A DNA stretch of 64,000 nucleotides, taken from NCBI GenBank assembly GCA_963840935.1, contig CAWJAS010000001.1:45902-109901 (forward strand), in the 5' to 3' direction. Numbering within the stretch: the stretch's first letter is position 1; each line of letters starts with the position of its first letter. The notes below the pieces were generated by a model. That model was not told the origin of the DNA and made no database searches. It saw only the letters and a list, made by a program, of their open reading frames with translations. Origin of the DNA: Candidatus Magasanikiibacteriota bacterium. GTDB lineage: Bacteria > Patescibacteriota > Patescibacteriia > Magasanikbacterales > GWA2-37-8. This document shows positions 9,360 through 19,240 of this stretch, piece by piece. Position numbers and translations under genes: made by a program.

Positions 9360-9472
9360 GAATATCAACAAAATACTTTATGAAACAATAATTTTTAAAA
9401 AAAATGGCTAATTTAACCTAAAATACAATATTTTAAATAGAATTTAAGTAATATGTGTACTTTGCGTAAAAA

Positions 9473-9488
9473 TGTTTCACGTGAAACA
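9473..9488. promoter_or_regulatory. second copy of the TGTTTCACGTGAAACA palindrome
   Basis: Exact match to 8796-8811. Confidence 0.5.
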
Positions 9489-9516
9489 TTTCTATTATCT
9501 AATCACCATAGATAAC

Positions 9517-9548
9517 CTCTGTTTGTATACACTTGTGTATACAAACAG
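9517..9548. repeat. palindromic repeat CTCTGTTTGTATACACTTGTGTATACAAACAG (copy 2)
   Basis: Same 20-bp palindrome core as 8571-8590. Confidence 0.8.
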
Positions 9549-9759
9549 GCGTATATAGTTATTATTCTCCGCAACTAATAAGGGCGCAAGCATCTGCCAA
9601 AATCGCGTTAAATTCGACATAATTGTTTCACGCGATAAAAAATTTGTCAAATATATAAAAATAGAAATAATATACCCAAAGACACACAAATCAACCGCCC
9701 TTCAAATTTTGGCAAATATATATATTAATGATACAATGATTTTGAAAATAACATAAATT

Positions 9760-10836
9760 ATGAACACCCAATTACTAACAGGTATAGCTATTCTAATTAT
9801 GGCAGGCGCAATTTTGGCGCTAATTATTATTTTAATATCTAACAGGCGCTCAAAGAATAACGACGGTTCCTTTGTCTTAATACAGAATCAAATTCAAGAA
9901 CTCACAAGGATTGTTGACCAAAAAATTAATGAAAGTAGCAGAGCCATGGCCGAAGCGCAAACAAACATTCATAAAACTATTCAGACTCAATTCGGTCAAA
10001 GTGTGAAAGTCATTACCGAAGTGACGGAAAAATTAACAAAATTGGATGAAACCAACAAACAAGTGATGAACTTTGCCGACCAGCTTCAAAGTTTAGAAAA
10101 CATTTTGCAAAATCCAAAACAACGCGGAATACTTGGGGAGTATTATTTAGAAAATGTTCTCAAAAATGTTCTACCACCGGGCTCATATCAAATGCAATAT
10201 AAATTTACTGATGGGGTGATTGTTGACGCTGTGGTTTTTATTAAAGATAAAATCATACCAATTGACTCCAAATTTAGTTTGGAAAACTACAACCGAGCCA
10301 TCGAAGAGCGCGATCCGGAAAGAAAGGCCGAATATGAAAAGCAATTCAGAAATGATTTAAAAAATAGAATTGATGAAACAAGTAAGTATATTAAACAAAA
10401 GGAAGGAACTATGGATTTTGCTTTTATGTTTATTCCAGCTGAAGGCATATATTATGATTTATTAATTAATCAGGTCGGGTCTATGAAAGTTAACACCCAC
10501 GACTTGATTGAATATGCCTTTAGAGACAAACGGGTAATTATTGTATCGCCCACGTCTTTTTTAGCTTATTTACAAACAGTAATGCAAGGATTAAGGGCTT
10601 TGCAAATAGAAGAAACCGCAAAAGAAATCCGCAAGCGTGTCGAGGATTTAGGCAAACATCTTGCAACCTATGACGACTATTTAAAAAAACTTGGCAATAA
10701 TTTATCTACCACCGTTAATTCATACAATTCGGCCTACAAGGAATTTAATAAGGTTGACAAAGATGTTGTTAAAATTACCGGCAGTGAGAAAACTATAGAA
10801 CCAATGCTTATCGATAAACCAACAATTGATGATTAA
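9760..10836 (+). CDS. rmuC: DNA recombination protein RmuC
   Basis: N-terminal TM, coiled-coil region and conserved RmuC C-terminal block (GILGEYYLENVL...PIDSKFSLENY). Confidence 0.8.
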   Translation: MNTQLLTGIAILIMAGAILALIIILISNRRSKNNDGSFVLIQNQIQELTRIVDQKINESSRAMAEAQTNIHKTIQTQFGQSVKVITEVTEKLTKLDETNKQVMNFADQLQSLENILQNPKQRGILGEYYLENVLKNVLPPGSYQMQYKFTDGVIVDAVVFIKDKIIPIDSKFSLENYNRAIEERDPERKAEYEKQFRNDLKNRIDETSKYIKQKEGTMDFAFMFIPAEGIYYDLLINQVGSMKVNTHDLIEYAFRDKRVIIVSPTSFLAYLQTVMQGLRALQIEETAKEIRKRVEDLGKHLATYDDYLKKLGNNLSTTVNSYNSAYKEFNKVDKDVVKITGSEKTIEPMLIDKPTIDD

Positions 10837-10926
10837 CTTTTATATACTTGACAGATAGCGATAAATAGCGTTATTGTTGTTAGCGAACACTACACTGGCA
10901 ATTAATACCAAGGAGGAGGTATCTCG

Positions 10927-11268
10927 ATGGAAAAAAGGTTTCAGATTGGAGATGTGGTGATGTTCTTTGAGCGCGACGGAGAGATTTTTGCGCCTCCCGG
11001 TTTGGATGAAATTTCGGAAGAGGAACTTCGGTCCGCTCCTTGCGGAACGATTGTATCCAATTGCAACGGTCGTGTTACCATGCGAATGGAGGACAACGGA
11101 CGTTATTTCACTTTCGACGAAGAAAAGGCGGATAAAATCTGGTCCCTCAACGGCCCTTTGCGCGAAACCAAGGAAAAAAAGCGCGCTGATTCCGTGATCT
11201 TCGCTGGGTCATCCCTTCCGATAGACCCGGAGCAGGTTTTCAACATCCGCCCGATCGCCGAAGCCTAG
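10927..11268 (+). CDS. GC-rich orphan small protein (hypothetical)
   Basis: 113-aa ORF with AAGGAGGAGG RBS, upstream TTGACA element and downstream GC hairpin (GACCCCGC...GCGGGGTC); GC clearly above local background. Confidence 0.45.
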   Translation: MEKRFQIGDVVMFFERDGEIFAPPGLDEISEEELRSAPCGTIVSNCNGRVTMRMEDNGRYFTFDEEKADKIWSLNGPLRETKEKKRADSVIFAGSSLPIDPEQVFNIRPIAEA

Positions 11269-11399
11269 TCTCTCCGCACTTTATGACCCCGCTCTGGCGG
11301 GGTCAAATCATTTTTGCCGACCGCGTTCTAACACCTTGACAATTATTGAAAAAACAATTAATATATCAACGCTCTCAATATTTTTTCAAATAATACAAT

Positions 11400-11654
11400 A
11401 TGCCAAATAAACAAAATGCAAAAAAAGCCTTAAGACAAAACATCAAAAGGCAGGCTCGTAATAGCGCAAAAAAGAATGCTTTTAAAGACGCTATCAAAAA
11501 AGCAGTCAAAGCCGAAATAAAAAAAGACGCGAAAGCTCTGGCGATAACCGCTCAAAAAGCCCTTGATAAAGCCGCGAAAATCGGAGTGATCAAAAAAAAG
11601 ACAGCGGCCCGCCGCCTTTCACGATTAATGAAAAAAGTGAATTCAAAAAAATAA
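11400..11654 (+). CDS. rpsT: 30S ribosomal protein S20
   Basis: 84-aa Lys/Ala-rich sequence typical of S20 (MPNKQNAKKALRQN...). Confidence 0.85.
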   Translation: MPNKQNAKKALRQNIKRQARNSAKKNAFKDAIKKAVKAEIKKDAKALAITAQKALDKAAKIGVIKKKTAARRLSRLMKKVNSKK

Positions 11655-11656
11655 AA

Positions 11657-11680
11657 AAAACGCCTTTACGGGCGTTTTTT
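11657..11680 (+). terminator. intrinsic terminator after rpsT
   Basis: AAACGCCTTTACGGGCGTTTTTT. Confidence 0.7.
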
Positions 11681-11706
11681 AATCTATTAAATTTTCCTGC
11701 GCTTAA

Positions 11707-12669
11707 TTACAACTTCCCCACAAAATAATCAATCAAAACCGACTGGTTCGCCAAGCCGGTTTTTGTTTTTATATCAATTTCCAACAAATCGTTGTATATT
11801 TTTTTTAAATCTTGCATGGAATATTTTTTTACTAATGGCAAACTTTTCTTTGCCACATACGGGTGAACAGAAATTCGTTTTGCTATCTGGTCGCTTGTTA
11901 GCGAATCTTCTCGTTCCCACAAATCTCGTATTTGAAGTAATATTTTGAATTGTCGCATTATCATGGCAAATAAATAAGATTCATCTTCTCCGATAGCTCT
12001 TTGGTCACGCATTAATTTGAAAGCTGTTTTTTTATTGCCCCCCACAATCGCATCAACCATATTAAAAATATTATCATCAGTTTTTTCATCAACAAATAAA
12101 TTAACATCAGCTGACCCAATTTCTCCGCCTTTTTTATAGGCTATCAACTGGTCAACCACCGCGCTAATAAGCCACAAATCCGCTCCGGCCAAGCGACTCA
12201 GGTTCCCGGCTGCATTTCTGTCTATCTTTCCGCCTCTCATTACCACTTCCTGAATTATCCAATTCTGCAATTCAGAGTCTTTCATCAATTCAAAGGAATA
12301 AGAAAACTTTTCCTTCGAAAATAAATCAGCTAATTTTTTCGCCTCCGATGTTTTGCCAACCGGCTCTCCTTGCCAAGCAATAAGCACCACGGATTCGAGA
12401 ATCTTATCGTTCTCAATCAAGCTGATAATTTTTGCCAAAAATTCTTTATTTGAATTTGACAAAATATTTTGTAAAACAATCATTCTCTTTTCTGCCAAAA
12501 AAGGCATGGTGGCAATTTCGCCCAAAATTTTATCCGGCGCTTCTTTCTCCACATCAAAAACAAGAGTGTTATATCCTTGCGGGTCTCTTTTCGATTTGAA
12601 TTCAACAATACTTTTCTTCAAAAACTGCCGACTTCTAAAAGTATCTTCTCCGTGGATGTAAATTATCAT
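11707..12669 (-). CDS. holA: DNA polymerase III delta subunit
   Basis: 320 aa; HolA-like N-terminal (MIIYIHGEDTF...) and clamp-loader delta organisation. Confidence 0.6.
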   Translation of the reverse strand: MIIYIHGEDTFRSRQFLKKSIVEFKSKRDPQGYNTLVFDVEKEAPDKILGEIATMPFLAEKRMIVLQNILSNSNKEFLAKIISLIENDKILESVVLIAWQGEPVGKTSEAKKLADLFSKEKFSYSFELMKDSELQNWIIQEVVMRGGKIDRNAAGNLSRLAGADLWLISAVVDQLIAYKKGGEIGSADVNLFVDEKTDDNIFNMVDAIVGGNKKTAFKLMRDQRAIGEDESYLFAMIMRQFKILLQIRDLWEREDSLTSDQIAKRISVHPYVAKKSLPLVKKYSMQDLKKIYNDLLEIDIKTKTGLANQSVLIDYFVGKL

Positions 12670-12759
12670 AATAAGTCTCGTTGGATAATACCATTGACAA
12701 ATATATAAATAATTGCTATATTAAACAATCGTTCTTTAAACTAATAAACGGGTGAAATC

Positions 12760-13071
12760 ATGGAAAACAATTGCCCTGCAAACTGGCAAAGAGAATGCGA
12801 TGAACGAATGATTCATGGTGAGAAAAACTTTGCGGAATTCGCACGCAACCACAACTTCATTATCGAAGACATTTTGGTGCTGTTACCTTGCATACTATCG
12901 GCTTTAAAAAGAGCCAAAATAACAGATTTGAGGCAATTAATTTTAATGAGCGAAAAAGAAATAGCCAATCTTTGGCCATTGAATGATAGGCTATCATATA
13001 TATTGGCAAAGAGATTGCGATGTGTTGGTCTTGATCTTGGTCTTAAAGATATCCCAGATTTTCTGCGATAG
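12760..13071 (+). CDS. hypothetical small protein
   Basis: 103-aa ORF followed by hairpin terminator at about 13088-13115. Confidence 0.35.
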   Translation: MENNCPANWQRECDERMIHGEKNFAEFARNHNFIIEDILVLLPCILSALKRAKITDLRQLILMSEKEIANLWPLNDRLSYILAKRLRCVGLDLGLKDIPDFLR

Positions 13072-13117
13072 ACACCTGTTAAACCTCACAATTAACCGCA
13101 TCCGTGCGGTTAATTTT

Positions 13118-14161
13118 TTATTTTTTCGCGAGTTTTATATTATTATCAATTGCATTTTGCTTTTCTTTTGATAATTTTTCAAATTTGGCCATTAACAACT
13201 CGATTTCTTTTATCGCCCTCTCAGCTCTTTCGCCACGAACTTCTACAAAAATTTTGTCCCTTAATTCACGCAATTGATTTAATATCTGTAATGTATATTC
13301 TAACTGAAGAGGATGTTTACTAAAAATATTATACACTTCTTTTTCTTCATGACCTTTAATATCTTTTTCGCCTATTATTTTGCCAATCCCTCTTATCGCT
13401 ACTTCCGCATCTTCAAAATCAGTAACTAAAATTACCGGAATAATTGGCTGTATTTCACGCTGGTTACCCGAACAATCCGTATAATATCTTACGGTATTCT
13501 GGCGACGAACAAAATCACTGGCTTTAGCGCCATCCCTCAAATAATTTATAAGCGTCTTAAACTTATCTTCTTTTTTTCCTACTCTAATATCACGTTGGCT
13601 ACTTGTGGTTAAATCGATTTTTAATCCAGCGAATATATTATTATCGTTATTATCATTGTCAAAAAACTCCAATACACAATCTGTGCCGGCAAGAATATCG
13701 TCCTCAAGGGCTGTCCTTTGAACCCTAGAATCTTCTCCAAACCATTTAAATTCGTTGCTAATGCCGACAAAAATTGATTCGTACGCACCGGCTAACCTCT
13801 CCCGATACCAACTACCCGGTTCGCTTCTAAGTGCGAAACTACGTATTGGATTTCTTTTAATTTGGCCAACTTTTTGTTTTTCGCTAACACTTCGTGCTAA
13901 CTCCATATCCTTTTCGACTTGCATTTCAGAATATATACCACCCGATTTACAATAGTCCGTCGGATTTATTCTGCCAGTGTGGCCATCTAAACTATTATAA
14001 TATAACTCTACACGTTCTATTGTTTTTTCAAACCCGTCAAACTCACTTTCGGTTAACTGGGATGATATTTCTTTTACAATTCTCCGATAATCGACACTGC
14101 CACTTAATTCGGGTTTTAGCCCACCAGCCTCAGGGCTTGGTCTTCTTCTTATAACTGTCAT
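13118..14161 (-). CDS. hypothetical protein
   Basis: 347-aa ORF with no recognisable motif; sits between polA and a small plus-strand ORF. Confidence 0.45.
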   Translation of the reverse strand: MTVIRRRPSPEAGGLKPELSGSVDYRRIVKEISSQLTESEFDGFEKTIERVELYYNSLDGHTGRINPTDYCKSGGIYSEMQVEKDMELARSVSEKQKVGQIKRNPIRSFALRSEPGSWYRERLAGAYESIFVGISNEFKWFGEDSRVQRTALEDDILAGTDCVLEFFDNDNNDNNIFAGLKIDLTTSSQRDIRVGKKEDKFKTLINYLRDGAKASDFVRRQNTVRYYTDCSGNQREIQPIIPVILVTDFEDAEVAIRGIGKIIGEKDIKGHEEKEVYNIFSKHPLQLEYTLQILNQLRELRDKIFVEVRGERAERAIKEIELLMAKFEKLSKEKQNAIDNNIKLAKK

Positions 14162-14186
14162 ATTATTAATATCATTAATTTAAATA

Positions 14187-16877
14187 TTATTTTATATCGC
14201 CCCAATTTTGGGCTTGATGAATATCAACCATCACCGGCACTCTTAACTTCACAACATTCTCCATGGCTTGTTTTATTATCTTTGAAACATCGTCTGCCAA
14301 TTCAACTTTCACTTCAAAAACCAATTCATCATGAACTTGCAAAAGAATTTTTAAGTCATTTTTGGAATATCCAACAAGTTGTTTGTCGGCTTCTATCATC
14401 GCCATTTTCATCAAGTCCGCCGCCGTGCCTTGCACCGGATGATTAACGGCCATACGCTCGGCCGCGCTACGTAATTGAAAATTTGAAGCGTTTAGCTCGG
14501 GTATATAACGACGTCGGCCAAATAGGGTCTCGCAATATCCTTCTTTTTTGGCAAGCATTATCGTATTTTCCAAATATTTTTTTACCCCTGAAAATTCCGA
14601 AAAATATTTTTCAATAAATTTTTTTGCTTCCGCTTGCGAAATGTCGGTCCTTGAACTCAAGCCATACGAACCCATGCCATACAAAACACCAAAATTCACT
14701 TCTTTGGCCGCACGTCGCATTTCTTTCGTCACTTCTTCCAAGGGCACATTATTTATCGCTGCTGCCGTCGCTCGATGAATATCTTCACCTTTGTTAAAAA
14801 TTTCTATCATTTTCTTGTCTTCGGCGAGCGATGCGACAATGCGCAATTCTATCTGCGAATAATCGGCGCTTAATAATATGTTTCCCGGCCCGGCCACAAA
14901 TGTTTTGCGAATTTTCGCGCCCAATTCCGTTCGGATTGGAATATTTTGCAAATTCGGGTCTGAACTCGACAACCGACCGGTTGCTGTAACCGCCTGATTA
15001 TATGTTGTATGCACTCTACCTGTTTTTGAACTGACTAACTCCGGCAACACATCAACATATGTATTTTGGAGCTTAGTTAACTCGCGCCATTGTTCAATTG
15101 AGTCGATAATCGGGTGGAGTCCGCGCATTTTTTCCAGTTCAGCCGCGGCCGTCGATAAACCGGTTTTTCCTTTTTTAATTCCCAAAACCGGAATATCCAT
15201 CTTATCAAACAAAATATCGCGTAACTGTGCCGGCGAACCGATATTAAACTCTTCGCCGGCCATTTGATAAATACTCTCGGTTATTTTTTTTAATTCTGAT
15301 TTCAAAAAATCAGATAATTTCTTAAGCTCAACCAAATCAACTAAAATTCCGTTTATTTCCATTTTGGCCAAAATCAATGCCACCGGTATTTCAATTTTTT
15401 TTAATAAATCCAAATTATTAGCGCTTTCGAGCTCGCTTTCCAATTTATCCTTAGCGGATAGCAAAATACCCAATTCCTCGCCTGCTTCAGACGCATTAAA
15501 CCCAAACAAACTATTTTGGCCGTTTGAAGATTTTAATTCCTTCCCCGCGTATTTTAATGCCACGCTATTTCTATCATGAGCTCTTGACCCGGGATTAAGC
15601 AAATATGAAGCAAGCATCAAATCAAAGATTTGATTTTTAATTTCAAGTTCAAGAGAAAATAATACTTTAGCTAATTTTTTTATGTCATGCGCGACCAATT
15701 CAAGTTCTTTATTAGCAAAAATTATCGAGATTTTTTCCGCAAATTCCGCCGGAATAAAATAACAATTTTTTTCAAGCGCAAAAATAAAACCGGAAAATTC
15801 AGATGAAGCGTCTTTATCAAATCCGCCCACTGCCTGAACAGCAAAAGTTTTCTCGTTTAATATTACTTTTATAAACTCTTCGACTTCTTTGTTGTTTTGT
15901 ATTTCAACGAATAATTTTTTAATCTGCGCTGACGTTTTTTTATTTTTTACACGTGATTCTTCTTTTACAATCTCATTTTTACTTCCGGGCAAACGATTGA
16001 CCAATGAAATAAATTCAAATTCTTGAAATAATTTTATCGCTTTTTCTCGATCGAATTCTTTAGCTTGGCAATCATCCAATTTAAAATCAATTCCCGGAAC
16101 ATTTTCATCAATAGTCGCAAGCTCAAAACTCATTCTGGCACTATCTTCGCCCTCTTTTAATTTATTGAGCGCGCCGGCTTTAATTTTTTTATCTAACGAT
16201 TTTTTCTTATCGCTTATAGCTTTGTAAATTTCATCAATACCGCCAAAATTTTTAATCAACTCAGTCGCAGTTTTTTCTCCAATCCCGGGAACGCCGGGAA
16301 TATTATCGGACACATCTCCGCGCAAAGCCTTGTAATCGACCATCCTCTCCGGCCCAAAACCAAAACGTTCCTCCACTTTTTTTGCGTCATAAATAATCGT
16401 ATCGCTCATACCCTTTCGCAAGGTAAAAACATTCACTCCCGGACGAATAAGTTGAAGCGTGTCCATGTCGCCGGTAACTATGTATGTTTCCAAATTTTTT
16501 CCTTTTAATTTGTTTACAATCGTCCCGATTACATCGTCAGCTTCGTATCCTTGTTTTTCATAAACCGGAATATTTAAGGCAATCGCCAAATCATGAGCCA
16601 AGGGAATCTGGTCATAAAGCTCTTGATCGGCCTTAACCCGCGTTGCCTTATATTTTTCGTATTTTTTGTGTCTAAAAGTCGGCCCCGCCATGTCAAAAGT
16701 AACGGCAATATAGTCGGGTTTCAAATCACGCCAAACTTTTAAAAGCATGGAAGCAAACCCGTAAACCGCGTTGACCATTTGACCTTTTTTGGTTGTCATT
16801 GGTGGCAAAGCATGATACGCCCTATGCACAATAGCGTTGCCATCAATTATTATTAACTTATTCATATTTATACTCAT
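14187..16877 (-). CDS. polA: DNA polymerase I
   Basis: 896 aa; 5'-3' exonuclease N-terminus, polymerase motifs (DYSQIELR, QVHDE). Confidence 0.93.
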   Translation of the reverse strand: MSINMNKLIIIDGNAIVHRAYHALPPMTTKKGQMVNAVYGFASMLLKVWRDLKPDYIAVTFDMAGPTFRHKKYEKYKATRVKADQELYDQIPLAHDLAIALNIPVYEKQGYEADDVIGTIVNKLKGKNLETYIVTGDMDTLQLIRPGVNVFTLRKGMSDTIIYDAKKVEERFGFGPERMVDYKALRGDVSDNIPGVPGIGEKTATELIKNFGGIDEIYKAISDKKKSLDKKIKAGALNKLKEGEDSARMSFELATIDENVPGIDFKLDDCQAKEFDREKAIKLFQEFEFISLVNRLPGSKNEIVKEESRVKNKKTSAQIKKLFVEIQNNKEVEEFIKVILNEKTFAVQAVGGFDKDASSEFSGFIFALEKNCYFIPAEFAEKISIIFANKELELVAHDIKKLAKVLFSLELEIKNQIFDLMLASYLLNPGSRAHDRNSVALKYAGKELKSSNGQNSLFGFNASEAGEELGILLSAKDKLESELESANNLDLLKKIEIPVALILAKMEINGILVDLVELKKLSDFLKSELKKITESIYQMAGEEFNIGSPAQLRDILFDKMDIPVLGIKKGKTGLSTAAAELEKMRGLHPIIDSIEQWRELTKLQNTYVDVLPELVSSKTGRVHTTYNQAVTATGRLSSSDPNLQNIPIRTELGAKIRKTFVAGPGNILLSADYSQIELRIVASLAEDKKMIEIFNKGEDIHRATAAAINNVPLEEVTKEMRRAAKEVNFGVLYGMGSYGLSSRTDISQAEAKKFIEKYFSEFSGVKKYLENTIMLAKKEGYCETLFGRRRYIPELNASNFQLRSAAERMAVNHPVQGTAADLMKMAMIEADKQLVGYSKNDLKILLQVHDELVFEVKVELADDVSKIIKQAMENVVKLRVPVMVDIHQAQNWGDIK

Positions 16878-16904
16878 TCTACGCTAAATAACCAAAAATC
16901 GCAA

Positions 16905-16935
16905 CAAAAAAACCGTCAGCCAAGGCTGACGGAAT
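16905..16935 (-). terminator. intrinsic terminator (CCGTCAGCCTTGGCTGACGGTTTTTTT on minus strand) between the LAGLIDADG gene and polA
   Basis: Perfect GC stem plus T run. Confidence 0.7.
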
Positions 16936-17010
16936 TGAGGACACGATGGGAGTTGCACCCATGCATAGCGGTTTTGCAGACCGCCGTGTTAACTACTTCA
17001 CCACGTGTCC

Positions 17011-17757
17011 CTATTGCAAATAGGATAATACATTTTCCACCTTTTTGTCTACCCTTGTTGGTCGTTGGTATAAATAATTACAAAATACTGCGGCTTTTCT
17101 TCTCAAATATAGACGGGGGCGATTGCCATACATAAATTTAAACAATTCTATACTATCTCCAGCGCCAAAACGTAATTGACTGGACCGATGGCTATGCAAA
17201 ACCGCCGCGTGTTTAAATACGCATTGATGCGACAAAGTATTCGATAATTGTTTTAAAAAACGGGGACTACCACTTGTAAACACAACAACAACCCTCTTTA
17301 TTATTGCCTGTCCGCGTGATCCCTTGCCATGTTCAAAATATACGCACCCATCACCGTCAAAATAACCACGCACAAAATCTGAAATATAATTCCTGGGCAC
17401 TTTTGGGAATTGCATTGTTAAAGATTTATTTGGTGACAGTCCCAACGCTACCAAACTATCAAATAAACCATGGTCGCCAATACGTATAAAATAGCGAACG
17501 CTTCCACCCACGGTCGTCGGTTGTAATTTTGACACAGTGTGACCTGATCCAAGTTCTCGTTTTATATAGTCAATCATTTCTTTGTCGATACTAGAAGCAC
17601 GAAAATATTTACCTCTTAAATATGAAGCATCCTCCAAACTGCCATCCGCATATATATAACCCAACAAATAGGCCATATTTCTGCTCCATTTTAAAAAATA
17701 TCTATTGTTAATCGAATATTTAACGCCCATACTAAGTAGTAAGGATACATACTGCAA
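17011..17757 (-). CDS. LAGLIDADG homing endonuclease, two-motif single-chain type, free-standing
   Basis: Motif 1 LLGYIYADGSL and motif 2 FVRGYFDGDGCV about 100 aa apart; own start codon; not embedded in a host ORF. Confidence 0.75.
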   Translation of the reverse strand: MQYVSLLLSMGVKYSINNRYFLKWSRNMAYLLGYIYADGSLEDASYLRGKYFRASSIDKEMIDYIKRELGSGHTVSKLQPTTVGGSVRYFIRIGDHGLFDSLVALGLSPNKSLTMQFPKVPRNYISDFVRGYFDGDGCVYFEHGKGSRGQAIIKRVVVVFTSGSPRFLKQLSNTLSHQCVFKHAAVLHSHRSSQLRFGAGDSIELFKFMYGNRPRLYLRRKAAVFCNYLYQRPTRVDKKVENVLSYLQ

Positions 17758-17804
17758 CTATAATAACAAAAAAGAGAAAATCAAACAACTTTCTCTTTTA
17801 TGGA

Positions 17805-19151
17805 TTATTTAACGTATTTGAGAGGGTTAACCTTTGAACCGTTAACCTGAACTTCAAAATGCAAATGAATACCCGTCGGGCCATAGACTTTTCCAGTATT
17901 GCCCATCAAGGAAATTGTTTGACCGGTTGTTACCTGATCGCCTGCGCTAACGAGTAATTGATTATTGTGGCCATACAAAGTTCGCACGCCATTGCCGTGA
18001 TCAATAATAATATAACAACCATACCCGCTATTCCATCCGCATTGCGAAACGACAACTTTGCCGGATCGTGCCGCATAAATGGCGGAATTTTTTGGCCCGG
18101 CAATATCCAAACCATAATGACGCCAGCCAAAATATTGGGTGATAATTTTTGCTGAAGACGGCCAAACATAGCCGGAGACTGTCGGTGATTGAGCCGACGA
18201 CGCAGGAGCGGAACCGGTGTATCTTGTTGAAGCCGCTCCGGTAGTGGTGCGAGCTATGACAGGAGCCGCTTTTTCACCATTGGGAACCATGATACGCTCG
18301 CCGGCAACCAAATCGCTGTTATCTTCTTTTAAACTATTAAACTTAATAATTTCCTCCGCTTCCGCGCCGTAAGTTGAGGCGATTTTTTTAATTGTGTCTC
18401 CTTTTTTAACTGTATGCATCAATCCTGTTGTCGGCAAAATTTTTAATTTATCACCAGGACGAATTATTGAAGAAAGCGATATACTATTTTCCCATAATAA
18501 AGTGGAAACACTAATTCCATATCTATAGGAGATGGAACTCAAAGAATCACCGGGTTCGACCGTATGTTCAATAGTATTTTTCCTTTCCTGACCAATAATA
18601 ATCACGCCGGGAATAATCGAAGGCTTGGTTACCGCGCCTCCGCCAATAGCAATCATGCCTATGTCGGTATCATACACATAATCCACCGATTGAGCGTTTG
18701 AAGTTAAATCTCCCTCCACTGCTCCAACTCGCCAAATCGGAGCATCAACAGAAGAATATGATTGCTCTTCAACTTGAATAACCTCGTAGTCAAAATTTTC
18801 TCCCGGCCCAAACAATCGATAAGCGACTGATTGTTGCCCCGGATGAGAAGTAAGTTCCTCTGAATATAATTTGGTTTGTGGTAAAGCGGAAACAAATAAA
18901 ACAACGAGCAGTACTATTTGCAAATTATCTCTTTTTAACCACCAAACCTGGTCTTTTCCCCAACCAATACGGCGTAAAAAATATTCTATTTTATATGCCC
19001 AAAACGCCAAAAAACGCCAAACAAACGATGTTAATTTGGCTAAAATGCGATAAAATCCAAAACCGGACCACCAAATAAACCTTTTTATCGCAACCAATAA
19101 ACGAAGTAATACCAGAAGAAATTTGTATTTCATACCTTGACGATTTAGCAT
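17805..19151 (-). CDS. LysM-domain M23 family peptidoglycan endopeptidase
   Basis: N-terminal TM, two LysM repeats, C-terminal M23 block (IDHGNGVRTLYGHN...HLHFEV). Confidence 0.85.
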   Translation of the reverse strand: MLNRQGMKYKFLLVLLRLLVAIKRFIWWSGFGFYRILAKLTSFVWRFLAFWAYKIEYFLRRIGWGKDQVWWLKRDNLQIVLLVVLFVSALPQTKLYSEELTSHPGQQSVAYRLFGPGENFDYEVIQVEEQSYSSVDAPIWRVGAVEGDLTSNAQSVDYVYDTDIGMIAIGGGAVTKPSIIPGVIIIGQERKNTIEHTVEPGDSLSSISYRYGISVSTLLWENSISLSSIIRPGDKLKILPTTGLMHTVKKGDTIKKIASTYGAEAEEIIKFNSLKEDNSDLVAGERIMVPNGEKAAPVIARTTTGAASTRYTGSAPASSAQSPTVSGYVWPSSAKIITQYFGWRHYGLDIAGPKNSAIYAARSGKVVVSQCGWNSGYGCYIIIDHGNGVRTLYGHNNQLLVSAGDQVTTGQTISLMGNTGKVYGPTGIHLHFEVQVNGSKVNPLKYVK

Positions 19152-19240
19152 TAAATAGCATATTATATTTATCGTGTTATGTAAATGCTTGAAGCTTAAT
19201 TTGCCAAAACAAAAATATTTTTAACGTATTAATTTATACT

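Noticed and set aside
8941-9391. Two near-identical small ORFs (8941-9135, 9158-9391) at the tRNA-Arg locus
   Set aside because: They are translations of the tandemly duplicated repeat element and read through the tRNA; identical peptides arise from the DNA repeat, not from a gene duplication.
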